Shown here: piece by piece, positions 9,049 to 18,875 of the stretch
Numbering within the stretch: position 1 is the first letter of the stretch
How the letters are laid out: each line of letters starts with the position of its first letter
Origin: Candidatus Entotheonellaceae bacterium
GTDB lineage: Bacteria; Tectomicrobia; Entotheonellia; Entotheonellales; Entotheonellaceae
NCBI GenBank assembly: GCA_965238075.1
Contig: OZ250173.1
Span: forward strand, 704,001 to 768,000
Direction: 5' to 3'
Length of the DNA stretch: 64,000 nt
Notes under the pieces: model-generated
What the model was told of the DNA's origin: nothing
The model's input: the letters and a program-made list of their open reading frames with translations, nothing else
The model's database searches: none
Program-made: the position numbers and the translations under genes

Positions 9049-11367
9049 ATGACCCCGCCTGGCGTTCCCTCCCCGGCGCCCCCGCTGCCCGGTAGCGGCT
9101 CGGCAGAGCGCGGTTCGCATGGCCCCGAGGCGGCGCTGATCAACAAAATTCGTGCCGCCGCCTCCCTCGACGACCTGTTTCTCAAGCTGAAAGAAGACTT
9201 GGTCGATCTGTTCGAGGTCGAGCAACTGACGCTCTACGCCATCGACCGCGAGAACCGCGAACTGTACTCGCGTTTTCTGCTCGATTCCCTGCAAGGCATT
9301 CAGGAAATCCGCGTGCCCATCGACGCCACCAGTGTGTCAGGGTACTGCGCCCGGTACGGCAAGACCCTCAACATTGGCGACGTGTATGACGCCGACGAAC
9401 TGGCGGCCATCGGCCCGCATCTGACCTTCAACTGCTCGTGGGACGAGCGCAGCGGTTTTCGCACCCGGCAGATGCTCGCCGTGCCCATCCTGGTGGACGG
9501 CAAATACCTGATGGGCGTGCTGCTGCTCATCAACAAGCGCAATAACGGGCGATTCACCGCTGAAGAGGAGAGCTTCGCGGGCACCATCGCCGAGGCCATC
9601 GGCATCGCCATTCGCCAGCACAACACCGCCACCCGGCAGCAGACGGCCAGCCAGTTCGATCATTTGCTGGAACAGGCGACCCTCTCGCGTGCCGAACTGG
9701 AAAGCGCCATGGCCGAAGCGCGCCGCCGCAACTGCGACACGGAATCGGTGTTGCTGGACACCTACCAAATTCCCAAGACGGACATCGGGCGAGCGCTGAG
9801 CCTGCACTACGGCTGCCCATTCGTGGCCTACGACGAGCGGGTGTCGGTGGATGCCGGGTTGCTGAGAGGGCTTAACGTCGACTACTTGCGGATGAATGAC
9901 TGGATGCCGCTGCGCCGCACCGGGAACCACATCGACGTGCTGGTCGACAACCCCAACGACGCGGCGAAGACCGAGCACATCCGCGCGCTGCTGCCCGGCG
10001 CCAGCCTGCGTTGGCTGGTGGCGCTGCGGCAGGACATCGCGCGCTTTCTGCAGCGCGCCAGTAGCCAACAGAACGAGTTCGGCGGCATCGAGGACATCCT
10101 GGGCGAGTTGCACGACAGCACGCCGTTGCCGCAGGACGATGAGCCGACCGCCAGCCTGCGCGAGGACGACAGCGTCATCGTGCGGCTGGGTAACCAGATC
10201 ATTCTGGATGCGCACGCCCAAGGGGCCTCGGACATTCACATCGAGCCGTACGCGGCTCGGCACGACACTGTGGTGCGGCTACGTGTCGACGGACACTGCC
10301 GGGAGTACCAACGCATCCCGCCGAGCTACCGGCGCGCCTTGGTATCCCGGCTGAAAATCATGGCGCGACTCGACATCGCCGAGCGCCGCAAGCCGCAGGA
10401 CGGCAAAATCAAGTTCCGCCTGCCTACCGGACGGGACATCGAGTTGCGGATCGCCACGGTACCGGTGGCCAGCGGCGATGAGGACGCGGTGCTGCGAATT
10501 TTCACCGCCAGCGAGCCGCTGCCGCTGTCGGCCCTGAACATGACGCCCCGCAATTTGGCGGCGTTCGAGGCGGCCATCCGCAAGCCCTACGGCCTCGTCC
10601 TGGCTGTCGGGCCCACCGGCTCGGGCAAGACCACCACGCTGCACGCCGCGCTCGGCGCCATCAACGAGCCGTCGCGCAAGATCTGGACGGCGGAGGACCC
10701 GGTCGAAATCACCCAGTACGGCCTGCGGCAGGTGCAGGTGCAGCCACGCATCGGCTTCACCTTCGCGGCTGCCATGCGGTCGTTTCTGCGCGCCGACCCG
10801 GACGTCATCATGGTCGGCGAGATGCGTGACGCCGAAACCGCTCACGTCGGCATCGAGGCGTCGCTGACCGGGCACCTGGTGTTTTCGACCCTGCACACCA
10901 ACAGCGCCCCGGAGACGGTGACGCGGCTGCTGGACATCGGGCTTGATCCGTTCAATTTCGCCGACGCGCTGGTGGCGGTTCTGGCGCAGCGGCTGGTGCG
11001 CACCCTGTGCCCGGCGTGCAAAGAGACGTATCAGCCGGACGAGACGGCGTGGGCAGCGCTGCGGCAGGCGTACGGCGAGGACGCCTTTGCCGACCTGGAC
11101 GCGCCGGGGCCGGCGGACGCCACCCTTTACCGCGCCAAAGGCTGCGAGCTGTGCCAAGGACTGGGCTACAAAGGCCGCGTTGCAGTGCACGAGTTGCTGG
11201 TGGCAAGTGATGACATCCGGCACGTTATTCAGTCGCGCGCCCGGGTGACCGACATTGCGGCCCTGGCCCGGCAGCAGGGCATGACCACCCTGTTGCAGGA
11301 CGGCGTGCTAAAGGTGTTGGGCGGACTGACGGACCTGAGCCAAGTCAAAGCCGTCGCGGACCGGTAG
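9049..11367 (+). CDS. GAF-domain-containing GspE/PilB family secretion ATPase
   Basis: N-terminal GAF (D.RSGFRTRQMLAVP); ASDIHIEP; Walker A GPTGSGKTT; LRADPDVIMVGEMRD; STLHTN; CxxC pairs. Confidence 0.92.
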   Translation: MTPPGVPSPAPPLPGSGSAERGSHGPEAALINKIRAAASLDDLFLKLKEDLVDLFEVEQLTLYAIDRENRELYSRFLLDSLQGIQEIRVPIDATSVSGYCARYGKTLNIGDVYDADELAAIGPHLTFNCSWDERSGFRTRQMLAVPILVDGKYLMGVLLLINKRNNGRFTAEEESFAGTIAEAIGIAIRQHNTATRQQTASQFDHLLEQATLSRAELESAMAEARRRNCDTESVLLDTYQIPKTDIGRALSLHYGCPFVAYDERVSVDAGLLRGLNVDYLRMNDWMPLRRTGNHIDVLVDNPNDAAKTEHIRALLPGASLRWLVALRQDIARFLQRASSQQNEFGGIEDILGELHDSTPLPQDDEPTASLREDDSVIVRLGNQIILDAHAQGASDIHIEPYAARHDTVVRLRVDGHCREYQRIPPSYRRALVSRLKIMARLDIAERRKPQDGKIKFRLPTGRDIELRIATVPVASGDEDAVLRIFTASEPLPLSALNMTPRNLAAFEAAIRKPYGLVLAVGPTGSGKTTTLHAALGAINEPSRKIWTAEDPVEITQYGLRQVQVQPRIGFTFAAAMRSFLRADPDVIMVGEMRDAETAHVGIEASLTGHLVFSTLHTNSAPETVTRLLDIGLDPFNFADALVAVLAQRLVRTLCPACKETYQPDETAWAALRQAYGEDAFADLDAPGPADATLYRAKGCELCQGLGYKGRVAVHELLVASDDIRHVIQSRARVTDIAALARQQGMTTLLQDGVLKVLGGLTDLSQVKAVADR

Positions 11368-11379
11368 ACGAGAACCCCT

Positions 11380-11994
11380 ATGCCACACCTGAAGCTCCCG
11401 GATGGCGCTCTGATTTCCTATGAATCCGCCGGCGACGGCTTCCCCCTTCTCCTGCTTCCCGGCCCCGAGGGCATCGCCGCCTGGTTGCCCCACATGCCCC
11501 TCTTCGGCGAGCTTTGCCACGTCATTGCTTACGAGTTTTGCCAGCCGCAACCGACCACCGAATACCTATCCGCCCTTCTCGACGCCCTGCATCTGGAGCG
11601 CGTCTACCTGGCCAGCCCTGTTCCCGCCTGGATGCCAGCCTTGCAGGTCGCCCGCCGTCGTCCCGAAGCTCTCGAAGCCCTCCTCCTCGTGGACCTTCCC
11701 GGCTCGGCGGCCAAGGCTCCACCGCTTGATTCCACCCTCGCCACACATCTGTCCAGCCTGACCCTGCCGACCTTCATCCTGCTCGCCCACGAGGCCAGCC
11801 CCGCGCGTGCCGCTGCCGACCTCCTCTCAACCCATCTCCCCCATTGCCGAACCCTCACCATGGGTCGGCTTGGCCAGGGCCAACCCGATCTTCCCAAGGC
11901 ACCCCACCGCCAGTTCCCGCACCTCATGATGCGCTTCCTCCTCGACCGCGAACGGCATCGCAACCTTGTTCGCGGCGCCTCCTTCTTGTTGTAA
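11380..11994 (+). CDS. Degenerate alpha/beta hydrolase-fold protein
   Basis: ISYESAGDGFPLLLLPG and LLDALHLERVYL resemble the fold, but no GxSxG. Confidence 0.55.
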   Translation: MPHLKLPDGALISYESAGDGFPLLLLPGPEGIAAWLPHMPLFGELCHVIAYEFCQPQPTTEYLSALLDALHLERVYLASPVPAWMPALQVARRRPEALEALLLVDLPGSAAKAPPLDSTLATHLSSLTLPTFILLAHEASPARAAADLLSTHLPHCRTLTMGRLGQGQPDLPKAPHRQFPHLMMRFLLDRERHRNLVRGASFLL

Positions 11995-12087
11995 CAGCAG
12001 GTTTGCAAGCGGCCGCCGCAATCACAAGACTGAAATTCCGGGAGGCGGAGCGCCGGGCTCGTTTGTAAACGATGTTCGGTTTGCGCA

Positions 12088-12150
12088 CTGCCCCGCACCC
12101 CGGATCAGGTCCGGGGCAGGCTTTGATCCAGGGGTCGGGGTGAAGGGGAA
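12088..12150. repeat. Nested palindromic repeat
   Basis: ctgccccgca[ccccggatcaggtccggggcaggc]tttgatccaggggtcggggtgaagggg. Confidence 0.7.
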
Positions 12151-12378
12151 ATACGCGATTCGTTGATGACGTCCAGGTGTTCGTCCCATTCCAATTCCAC
12201 CTTTGGACCTTCCAACGCGTCGCAGCCGCGGCAGAACCTTTCGAGGTCCTCTGATGACTTGAAGGGGTCGGTTCGCTGTTGTTCTTCGAGCCGCTGACGG
12301 GCAGCGCTCCTCAGCCACGCGCTCAGCGTCATGCCTTCTCTTCGCGCCTGGTGGACAAAGCGGTCGCGGTCCTCATCG
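12105..12378 (-). pseudogene. 5'-truncated RHH-like antitoxin relic
   Basis: DEDRDRFVHQARREGMTLSAWLRSAAR; native start missing; C-terminus supplied by a repeat; no downstream toxin. Confidence 0.55.
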
Positions 12379-12519
12379 GTGCTGCGCCGCCTGCAAGTTG
12401 GTATGAACCGCTGGAGTGTCTCTCGACACCAGTACCGGACAAAAACAAGTCGGTCAGCTTTTGGGTGGACGGAAATCCGGCCGGCAACGACGAACCGGCG
12501 CCCTACAGGATCGCGGTTT

Positions 12520-12921
12520 TCATGGGTGGGGTCTCGGTCTTGCCGCCTCGTCGTCCGTCGTGCGCGGGTCGGTCTTGATGAGCGATTCCGCCGGGATGCC
12601 CAGCCCCTGGTGCAGCCGCCAGATCATCTTCAGGCTCAGCGGGCGCTTGCGGTTGAGAACCTCGTAGACCCGACTGCGGCTGCCGATGTAAGGCACCAAG
12701 TCCTTGGGCGCCAGCGCGTTCTGTTCCATGTGATAACGGACCGCGGCGACCGGATCGGGAAGATCGAGCGGGTAGTGCTTGGCTTCCCAGGCCTCGACGA
12801 GCGTCACCAGGACATCAAGACGGTCGCCCTCCGGCGTGTTGCGCTTCGCCGTCATCAGGCCCTCGATCTCCTTCAGCGTCCGCTGGTAGTCCCGCTTGGT
12901 CTTGATCGGTGCGATATCCAT
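12520..12921 (-). CDS. higA: HigA antitoxin (HTH transcriptional regulator)
   Basis: MDIAPIKTKRDY..TPEGDRLDVL..EVLNRKRPLSLKMI. Confidence 0.9.
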   Translation of the reverse strand: MDIAPIKTKRDYQRTLKEIEGLMTAKRNTPEGDRLDVLVTLVEAWEAKHYPLDLPDPVAAVRYHMEQNALAPKDLVPYIGSRSRVYEVLNRKRPLSLKMIWRLHQGLGIPAESLIKTDPRTTDDEAARPRPHP

Positions 12922-12931
12922 GGCTCGGCCC

Positions 12932-13234
12932 TCAAATCGTCTGGGCATCGATGGCGTCGTAGTCCCGGTGGCTGCCGATGAACCGGATGTAGACGACGCG
13001 GTAGGGAAAATTGATCCACACTACGATGCGGTACTTGCTGCCGGCGACGTTGAACATCGCCCGGCCGTCCTTGAGGATGCTGACGCTGCGGATGCCCCGC
13101 TTGACCTGGGCGGGGCTGCCCCAGTCGGCGGCCTTGACCTGGCGGTACCACGCCATTACCGGCTCGCGGGCGTCGGCATGGGCGGGATCCGCGTCGCTGA
13201 AGGGCTTCAGCGTTGCCAGCGCGATGAGCCTCAT
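12932..13234 (-). CDS. higB: HigB toxin (mRNA interferase)
   Basis: MRLIALATLK..W..FNVAGSKYRIVV..YIRFIGSHRDYD; upstream of higA. Confidence 0.9.
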   Translation of the reverse strand: MRLIALATLKPFSDADPAHADAREPVMAWYRQVKAADWGSPAQVKRGIRSVSILKDGRAMFNVAGSKYRIVVWINFPYRVVYIRFIGSHRDYDAIDAQTI

Positions 13235-13253
13235 GACGAGTACGATAGCATGA

Positions 13254-13316
13254 TCCCATATGGGCACCAAAGCCGAGTGTCCCGATACGGGAACTGCAGA
13301 ATTTCCCTATTTGGGA
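13254..13316. promoter_or_regulatory. Three TCCC-N4/5-GGGA palindromes, putative HigA operators
   Basis: TCCCATATGGGC 13254, TCCCGATACGGGA 13280, TCCCTATTTGGGA 13304, directly upstream of higB. Confidence 0.65.
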
Positions 13317-13519
13317 CGTGAAATCAATCAGACCCTTTCACAGCGGGAGGAGTCAGTTCCGGCGGCCTTACCCGCCCCAGGCGCTCGCGGCCATACGTGC
13401 GGGTTCGTCCTTGGCATAGCAGCCGTCCCGATCGTAATAGCCGGTATCTCGCGCCAGCGAGGCGACCATCGCCCGAGGCCCCCGTCAGATTGCGGTCGCG
13501 AATCCCTGGCAGCGTTCCG

Positions 13520-13708
13520 TTATCGACGCCCGCGGATGTGGTACAGGTAGTACGCCTGCAGAGCGGCGGCGAGCAGCGGGACGCCGATTCGCAACACCAT
13601 TCCCAGCCAGCTGGCGTGCTCGCCGCGCCAGCCGAGACGAATGGCCAGCAGCAGGCAAACGACAATACCGCTGCTGATGAGAATGCGGTGAATTCTCAAG
13701 AGTGTCAT
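13520..13708 (-). CDS. Small two-TM membrane protein
   Basis: MTLLRIHRILISSGIVVCLLLA..; GAGG RBS upstream. Confidence 0.55.
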   Translation of the reverse strand: MTLLRIHRILISSGIVVCLLLAIRLGWRGEHASWLGMVLRIGVPLLAAALQAYYLYHIRGRR

Positions 13709-13828
13709 GTGGTGGAACCTCGTGTCAGGGGGTCGGTGGGCCGTGCGCCGTGCAGGGCGAGGGCCGGGTGACGCCGCGTGCACCCGACCTGCGTGGGAAT
13801 GACGGTGGCCTCGGAGAAGAAAAACAGG

Positions 13829-14974
13829 TCAATAGGTGCGGGTAACACGGTACGGGGTGATTTCGGCGTGGGTGAAGCCGGCCTGGGGCGAGTGGAATTC
13901 GACCTGGAGAACGTAGCCCTCGGCGTCGCGGATATAGTTGACGAACCGAAAGCCGGCCGCGGATTCGCTGTCCGGGATTTGGCGGCGCTTTCTGCCGTGT
14001 TGCGAGACAAGCTGGCGCAGGCTTTGCCAGTCACGGATCAAGGTCTCATCCGGCGGGACGTTGTTGTTATCGACCGTGTAGCGGCTGATCGCCTCGCGGA
14101 TGTTCTGGAAATACCTTTCCAAGTCCGCGTCGACGACCTGGACCGCTTGTTTCTTTAGCTTCAGACGCTGCGCCAGGCGTTTCCAGAAGCGCTGCTTTTT
14201 GGGCTCCGACTCGGCGGCCGCAGCGTTGACCTGAGAAGGGGCGCGGAAGGTATCGTTGAATCCCTGCAAGGTAGCGTGAAATTGGGCGTCGGACAGGAGC
14301 CGACCGACATCCGTCGAGGTTGTCGTGACGAGGGGTTCCTGAGGCGGCGGTTGCGGCGCGCCGGTCCCCGGCTGCGGAGCCGTGGCGCCCGCTTGACCAG
14401 CCGGTGCGCGCGCCACCTGACTGCCGGGAACCTGCCGCAAACGGGCGAATCTGGCGTCCATGATCGCGCTGATCAACCATATGTCGACCTCGCGGATGAG
14501 CGTAAACCGCAACCGCGACTCCTCCATGGGAAAATTCACCGTGGTCAGATAGGTATCGATTGCCGTAATGATCTCATACGGCTCCGCGCCTTGCTTCGGC
14601 AGCACCGCCCATTCGTACAGGTGCGCCACGTCGGGCGAGGACCGAATCGCCGTCACGTATACCTGATTCTCGCCAACCGGCGTCGTACCGGTGATGGTGT
14701 AGCGGAACGTCTGCACGAACTTCTGGCTGAGGAACAAATCCGCCGTCGCCGTGGGGAGCCCGGCACCGCGCGCGCCAAATAGCCAGTTGCCAAAAATCGA
14801 CCCATCCATGTTGGCGCTTTCCAGCGTCAGGGTGCGGGCGTCGGCAAACCGACCCCGCGACAACGCCGCGATGTACTGCTCCACCACTCTGTCCGGCTCG
14901 CTCTGGGCGTATGCCAAGCCGCTCGCCTGCAGCAACATTGCCGCGCCCACCAGCATCCAACCGCTTCGCAACAT
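13829..14974 (-). CDS. Exported hypothetical protein, two domains with Pro/Ala/Gln linker
   Basis: Signal peptide ending AYA-Q; GGAGG RBS; host-like codon usage. Confidence 0.75.
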   Translation of the reverse strand: MLRSGWMLVGAAMLLQASGLAYAQSEPDRVVEQYIAALSRGRFADARTLTLESANMDGSIFGNWLFGARGAGLPTATADLFLSQKFVQTFRYTITGTTPVGENQVYVTAIRSSPDVAHLYEWAVLPKQGAEPYEIITAIDTYLTTVNFPMEESRLRFTLIREVDIWLISAIMDARFARLRQVPGSQVARAPAGQAGATAPQPGTGAPQPPPQEPLVTTTSTDVGRLLSDAQFHATLQGFNDTFRAPSQVNAAAAESEPKKQRFWKRLAQRLKLKKQAVQVVDADLERYFQNIREAISRYTVDNNNVPPDETLIRDWQSLRQLVSQHGRKRRQIPDSESAAGFRFVNYIRDAEGYVLQVEFHSPQAGFTHAEITPYRVTRTY

Positions 14975-15082
14975 CCGTTTCCGCCTCCCGAACTGTGCAT
15001 GTGTCAACGATGTAGAACCCTGAATTCTTACCATAACACGACGGCCGAATGCACGTGCTTTGATAGCGTCTCACTGCGGATT

Positions 15083-15123
15083 TCCCCCTCACCCCAACCC
15101 TCTCCTACTGAGGGGAGAGGGAG
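15083..15123. repeat. REP-like element (CCCCTCACCCCAACCCTCTCC..GGAGAGGG)
   Basis: Hairpin ccctctcc-tactgagg-ggagaggg; 5' part matches the reverse strand at 12135-12150. Confidence 0.6.
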
Positions 15124-15320
15124 CCGCAACTGTCCTTTCAGCCCCTTGCGGCAAGAAAGCGGAGTCGCGGGCGAACCCACGCGGCTATTTGAATTCGCCA
15201 TCCGGTGTGCTACACTTCGCAAATTCCCGGCGGCATGCGCTGTTCACGCCGCACACGTGGTTTCAGGGCGACCCAACAAACCCCCTTTTCACACTGTCCG
15301 CGTCATTAAGGAGAAGTCAG

Positions 15321-15632
15321 ATGATCACCATCACGGAAGCCGCCGCCGAAAAGATCAAGGAGTTGGCCCCCGATTCTCAACACGCGCTGCGCATGCGGGT
15401 TGTTGGGGGCGGCTGCTCGGGCCTGCAATATCAGATGGGCCTCGAAGACGAGCAGAATCCCGGCGACAAGGTGTTGACCAGCAACGGCATCAAAGTCCTC
15501 GTCGACATGAAAAGCGCCTTGTACCTCGCCGGCGCCGAAGTCGATTACATCAACGGCTTGATGGAATCTGGCTTCAAAATCACCAATCCCAACGCCAAGA
15601 CGACGTGCGGCTGCGGACAGTCGTTCCACTAA
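15321..15632 (+). CDS. erpA: A-type Fe-S carrier (ErpA/IscA)
   Basis: ITITEAAA, GGGCSGLQY, NPNAKTTCGCGQSF. Confidence 0.9.
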   Translation: MITITEAAAEKIKELAPDSQHALRMRVVGGGCSGLQYQMGLEDEQNPGDKVLTSNGIKVLVDMKSALYLAGAEVDYINGLMESGFKITNPNAKTTCGCGQSFH

Positions 15633-15751
15633 CCCGCGCCTGACACCAGCCCCCACGAACGCCCCGGCGCTCTGGGGGCTTCAGCGTTCTTGCCCACTCA
15701 TCCGACGTTGCCCCTCCTCCGCTTTCGGTATCCGTATGGAGAGCACCGCCC

Positions 15752-16126
15752 ATGTTTGACGGTTTCTACAACGCCTTCTGGTTCCTGATCGTCGGCTGCC
15801 TGTTCGTCCTCGTGAACCTCTTCGTCAGCAGTCTCATTCGCCCGGCCGACCCGCATGAAGAAAAGCTCCTGCCCTACGAATGCGGCGAGGAATCCAGCGG
15901 TACCGGTTTCGTGCGCTTCAACCCCCGCTTTTACGTCATCGGCCTCATCTTCCTCATTTTCGACATCGAAACCGTGTTTATCTTCCCCTGGGCCGTCATC
16001 CTCAAAGGCGCCGGCCCCTTCGTGCTTATCGAGATGCTCATTTTCCTGGCCATTCTGGTGGTCGGGTTGGTCTACGCCTGGGGCAAAGGCGACTTGGAAT
16101 GGATCAAACAGCCAACCCAGTGGTAA
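15752..16126 (+). CDS. nuoA: NADH-quinone oxidoreductase subunit A
   Basis: PYECG, FLIFDIETVFIFPWA, YAWGKGDLEW. Confidence 0.95.
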   Translation: MFDGFYNAFWFLIVGCLFVLVNLFVSSLIRPADPHEEKLLPYECGEESSGTGFVRFNPRFYVIGLIFLIFDIETVFIFPWAVILKGAGPFVLIEMLIFLAILVVGLVYAWGKGDLEWIKQPTQW

Positions 16127-16176
16127 GGCCGCGCGGCCTGGTGCCGGTGACAACGGCGTGACGTAAGGAGAGGTGT

Positions 16177-17259
16177 GTGCTGATCGAATGGGTGGCGTGG
16201 CTGATGCGCGCGGTTGCCGAGTTTGTCCTGCCTTTCACGGCTTCCTGGACCTGGATTCCCTGGTACACCATTGCCCTGCTACACGTTGCCGCGATCCTAT
16301 TAGTGGTTATTTCCATCCTCACCATGTTTCTCGTCTGGCTGGAGCGCAAGGTGTCGGCTCACATGCAGGACCGCCTGGGCCCAATGCGGGTGGGCGGCTG
16401 GCACGGCTGGGCGCAGTCCATTGCCGACGGGCTCAAGCTGTTGCTCAAGGAAGACATCATCCCGGCAATGGCCGACAAGCCGGTGTTCAAAATCGCCCCG
16501 CTGCTGATTTTCGGGGCGACCTTCATGTCCTTCGTCGTGTTGCCGTTCAGCCAGGTCATCATCGTTTCCAACCTGAACATTGGGGTCTTGTTCATCTACG
16601 GCATCTCGACGGTAGTGGTCATCGGCATCATCATGGCGGGCTGGGCGTCCAACAACAAATGGTCGCTGCTCGGTGCCATGCGGTCGGCAGCGCAGTTGGT
16701 GAGTTACGAAATTCCAGTCGGCCTGTCCTTGCTCGCCGGTGTGGTGATGGCAGGGTCGCTGAGCACGGTGGAAATCAGTCTGGCCCAGAGCGGCGGCGTC
16801 TGGAACTGGTTCATCTGGCGCTGCTTCCCGTTCGGCTTCCTTGCTGCCATCGCACTTTACATCGGCGCACTGGCGGAAACCAACCGCACACCGTTCGACT
16901 TGGCAGAGGCCGAGTCGGAGCTGGTATCCGGCTACCACACCGAGTACAGCGGCTTTCGCTGGGCCCTCTTCTTCCTTGCCGAATACGCCAACATGTTCGT
17001 GGCCAGCGCCCTCGTCGTGGTGCTCTTCCTCGGCGGTTTCTCCGGCATCATCCCCATCGACTTCGTCCCCGACGTGATCTCCGGACCGTTCTGGTTCCTC
17101 TCGAAAACGTTGTTCCTCGTCTTCGTGATGATGTGGATTCGCTGGACGCTGCCGCGCCTGCGTGTCGACCAGCTCATGGGCATGTGCTGGAAGTACCTGA
17201 TCCCCATCGCCCTGGTCAATCTGGGAGCGATTGGCCTGTGGACCTCCATGAGCGGCTAA
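16177..17259 (+). CDS. nuoH: NADH-quinone oxidoreductase subunit H
   Basis: [52 protein letters not shown]. Confidence 0.97.
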   Translation: MLIEWVAWLMRAVAEFVLPFTASWTWIPWYTIALLHVAAILLVVISILTMFLVWLERKVSAHMQDRLGPMRVGGWHGWAQSIADGLKLLLKEDIIPAMADKPVFKIAPLLIFGATFMSFVVLPFSQVIIVSNLNIGVLFIYGISTVVVIGIIMAGWASNNKWSLLGAMRSAAQLVSYEIPVGLSLLAGVVMAGSLSTVEISLAQSGGVWNWFIWRCFPFGFLAAIALYIGALAETNRTPFDLAEAESELVSGYHTEYSGFRWALFFLAEYANMFVASALVVVLFLGGFSGIIPIDFVPDVISGPFWFLSKTLFLVFVMMWIRWTLPRLRVDQLMGMCWKYLIPIALVNLGAIGLWTSMSG

Positions 17260-17291
17260 CATCCGTACCCGACCTACCCTAGGATTTAACC

Positions 17292-18869
17292 ATGGCGAAA
17301 AAGCTGACGATTGACGGCAAGGAAATTACCGCGCGGGACGACGCCACCATTATCCAGGCGGCGCACGAGGCGGGGATCGTCATTCCCCACTACTGCTACC
17401 ACCCCAAGCTCAGCGTCGCCGGCAATTGCCGTATGTGCCTGATCGAGCTCGAAGGCCGCCCCAAGCTCGAAATCAGCTGCAACACCCCGGTGGCCGACGA
17501 CATGGTCGTGTACACCAACTCGCCGAAAGTCGTCGAGGGCCGCCGCGGGGTGCTGGAATTCCTGCTCATCAACCACCCGCTCGACTGCCCCATCTGCGAC
17601 CAAGCCGGCGAGTGCGGCTTGCAGGATTACTACATGTCGTACGGCCTGTACCAGAGCCGCTTCCAGGAAGAAAAGGTCCACGGCCGCAAGGTGGTCGATT
17701 TCGGTCCCGACGTCGTCTTCGACTCCGAACGCTGCATCCTGTGCACCCGCTGCGTGCGCTTCTGCGACGAGGTGACGCACACCAACGAACTCGGCATTTT
17801 CGAGCGCGGCGACAGCGCCCAGATCGCCATGTTTCCCGGCAAGCAACTGGACAATCCCTACGCCGGCAACACCGTGGACATATGCCCCGTCGGCGCCCTG
17901 ACGAGCAAGGATTTCCGCTTCAAGATTCGCGTGTGGTTCCTGCAGGAGACGCCGTCGGTGTGCCCGGGCTGCGCACGCGGTTGCAACACCAGCGTGCACC
18001 ACCACGACGGGCGGGTGTATCGCCTGAAACCGCGCCGCAACGATGAAGTCAACGACACTTGGATGTGCGACGCCGGGCGCTTCGGATACAAATCGCTGCA
18101 CGACAACAGGCTATCGCAGCCTGCCGTGCAGGACGAAACGGGCGAACTTGCGCCGGCCGCAATGCAAGAGGCTCTGGCGCGTGCCGCTGACCTGCTGCGA
18201 GAGCGCGACCCTGCCACCATTGCGGTGCTGGCCGCCCCGCAGGGCACCAATGAGGACTGCTATCTGTTGGCCAGACTGACCGCCGAGATGCTGCCCGGAT
18301 GCCGGGTAGCCATGACTGTCGGCGAGCTTGGCGATGAGGATGGATTTCTGCTGCGTGCCGACAAGAACCCCAACACGCGCGGCGCCCAGGACATGGGCCT
18401 GGCGGGGCCCGCTTCCCCGGATGATCTGACGCAACTGGTCGCTGCCATCGAAGCCGGCACAATTGAGATGTTGGTCGCCATCGACGTTGATCTCAAGGCC
18501 GTCTTTGGCGCCGAAACCTTCGCGCGCCTGGCGGCAAAACTGCAGGGCCTGATCGTACAAGGCTCAACGATGCGTCCGGGCCACGAGGCAGCGCAAGTGC
18601 TGTTACCGTCAGCCGCGTACGTCGAGCGCGACGGCACCTTCACCAATTTTCAGGGTCGGATTCAGCGCATCAACGCCGCCTTCGCACCGCCGGGCGCCTC
18701 GCAGCCGGCTTGGCGCATCTACAGGCGGCTTGCCAATCTGCTCGGGGCCGACTGGAATTACCCGAATCACGAAGCGGTCTGGGCGGACATCGCCGACACC
18801 ATTCCCGGCTACGGCGTCGATAATGCCGTCATCGGCGATCAGGGTTGCCTTATTTCCAGCGAGAGTTGA
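17292..18869 (+). CDS. nuoG: NADH-quinone oxidoreductase subunit G (short form)
   Basis: [2Fe-2S] CYH..GNCRMC; NHPLDCPICDQAGEC; CILCTRC; CPGCARGC; GTFTNFQGRIQR. Confidence 0.88.
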   Translation: MAKKLTIDGKEITARDDATIIQAAHEAGIVIPHYCYHPKLSVAGNCRMCLIELEGRPKLEISCNTPVADDMVVYTNSPKVVEGRRGVLEFLLINHPLDCPICDQAGECGLQDYYMSYGLYQSRFQEEKVHGRKVVDFGPDVVFDSERCILCTRCVRFCDEVTHTNELGIFERGDSAQIAMFPGKQLDNPYAGNTVDICPVGALTSKDFRFKIRVWFLQETPSVCPGCARGCNTSVHHHDGRVYRLKPRRNDEVNDTWMCDAGRFGYKSLHDNRLSQPAVQDETGELAPAAMQEALARAADLLRERDPATIAVLAAPQGTNEDCYLLARLTAEMLPGCRVAMTVGELGDEDGFLLRADKNPNTRGAQDMGLAGPASPDDLTQLVAAIEAGTIEMLVAIDVDLKAVFGAETFARLAAKLQGLIVQGSTMRPGHEAAQVLLPSAAYVERDGTFTNFQGRIQRINAAFAPPGASQPAWRIYRRLANLLGADWNYPNHEAVWADIADTIPGYGVDNAVIGDQGCLISSES

Positions 18870-18875
18870 CACACT

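Noticed and set aside
17292..18869. NuoG-like protein as a formate dehydrogenase linked to frc
   Set aside because: At 525 aa it is too short, no molybdopterin-ligand region is recognisable, and it sits among nuo genes
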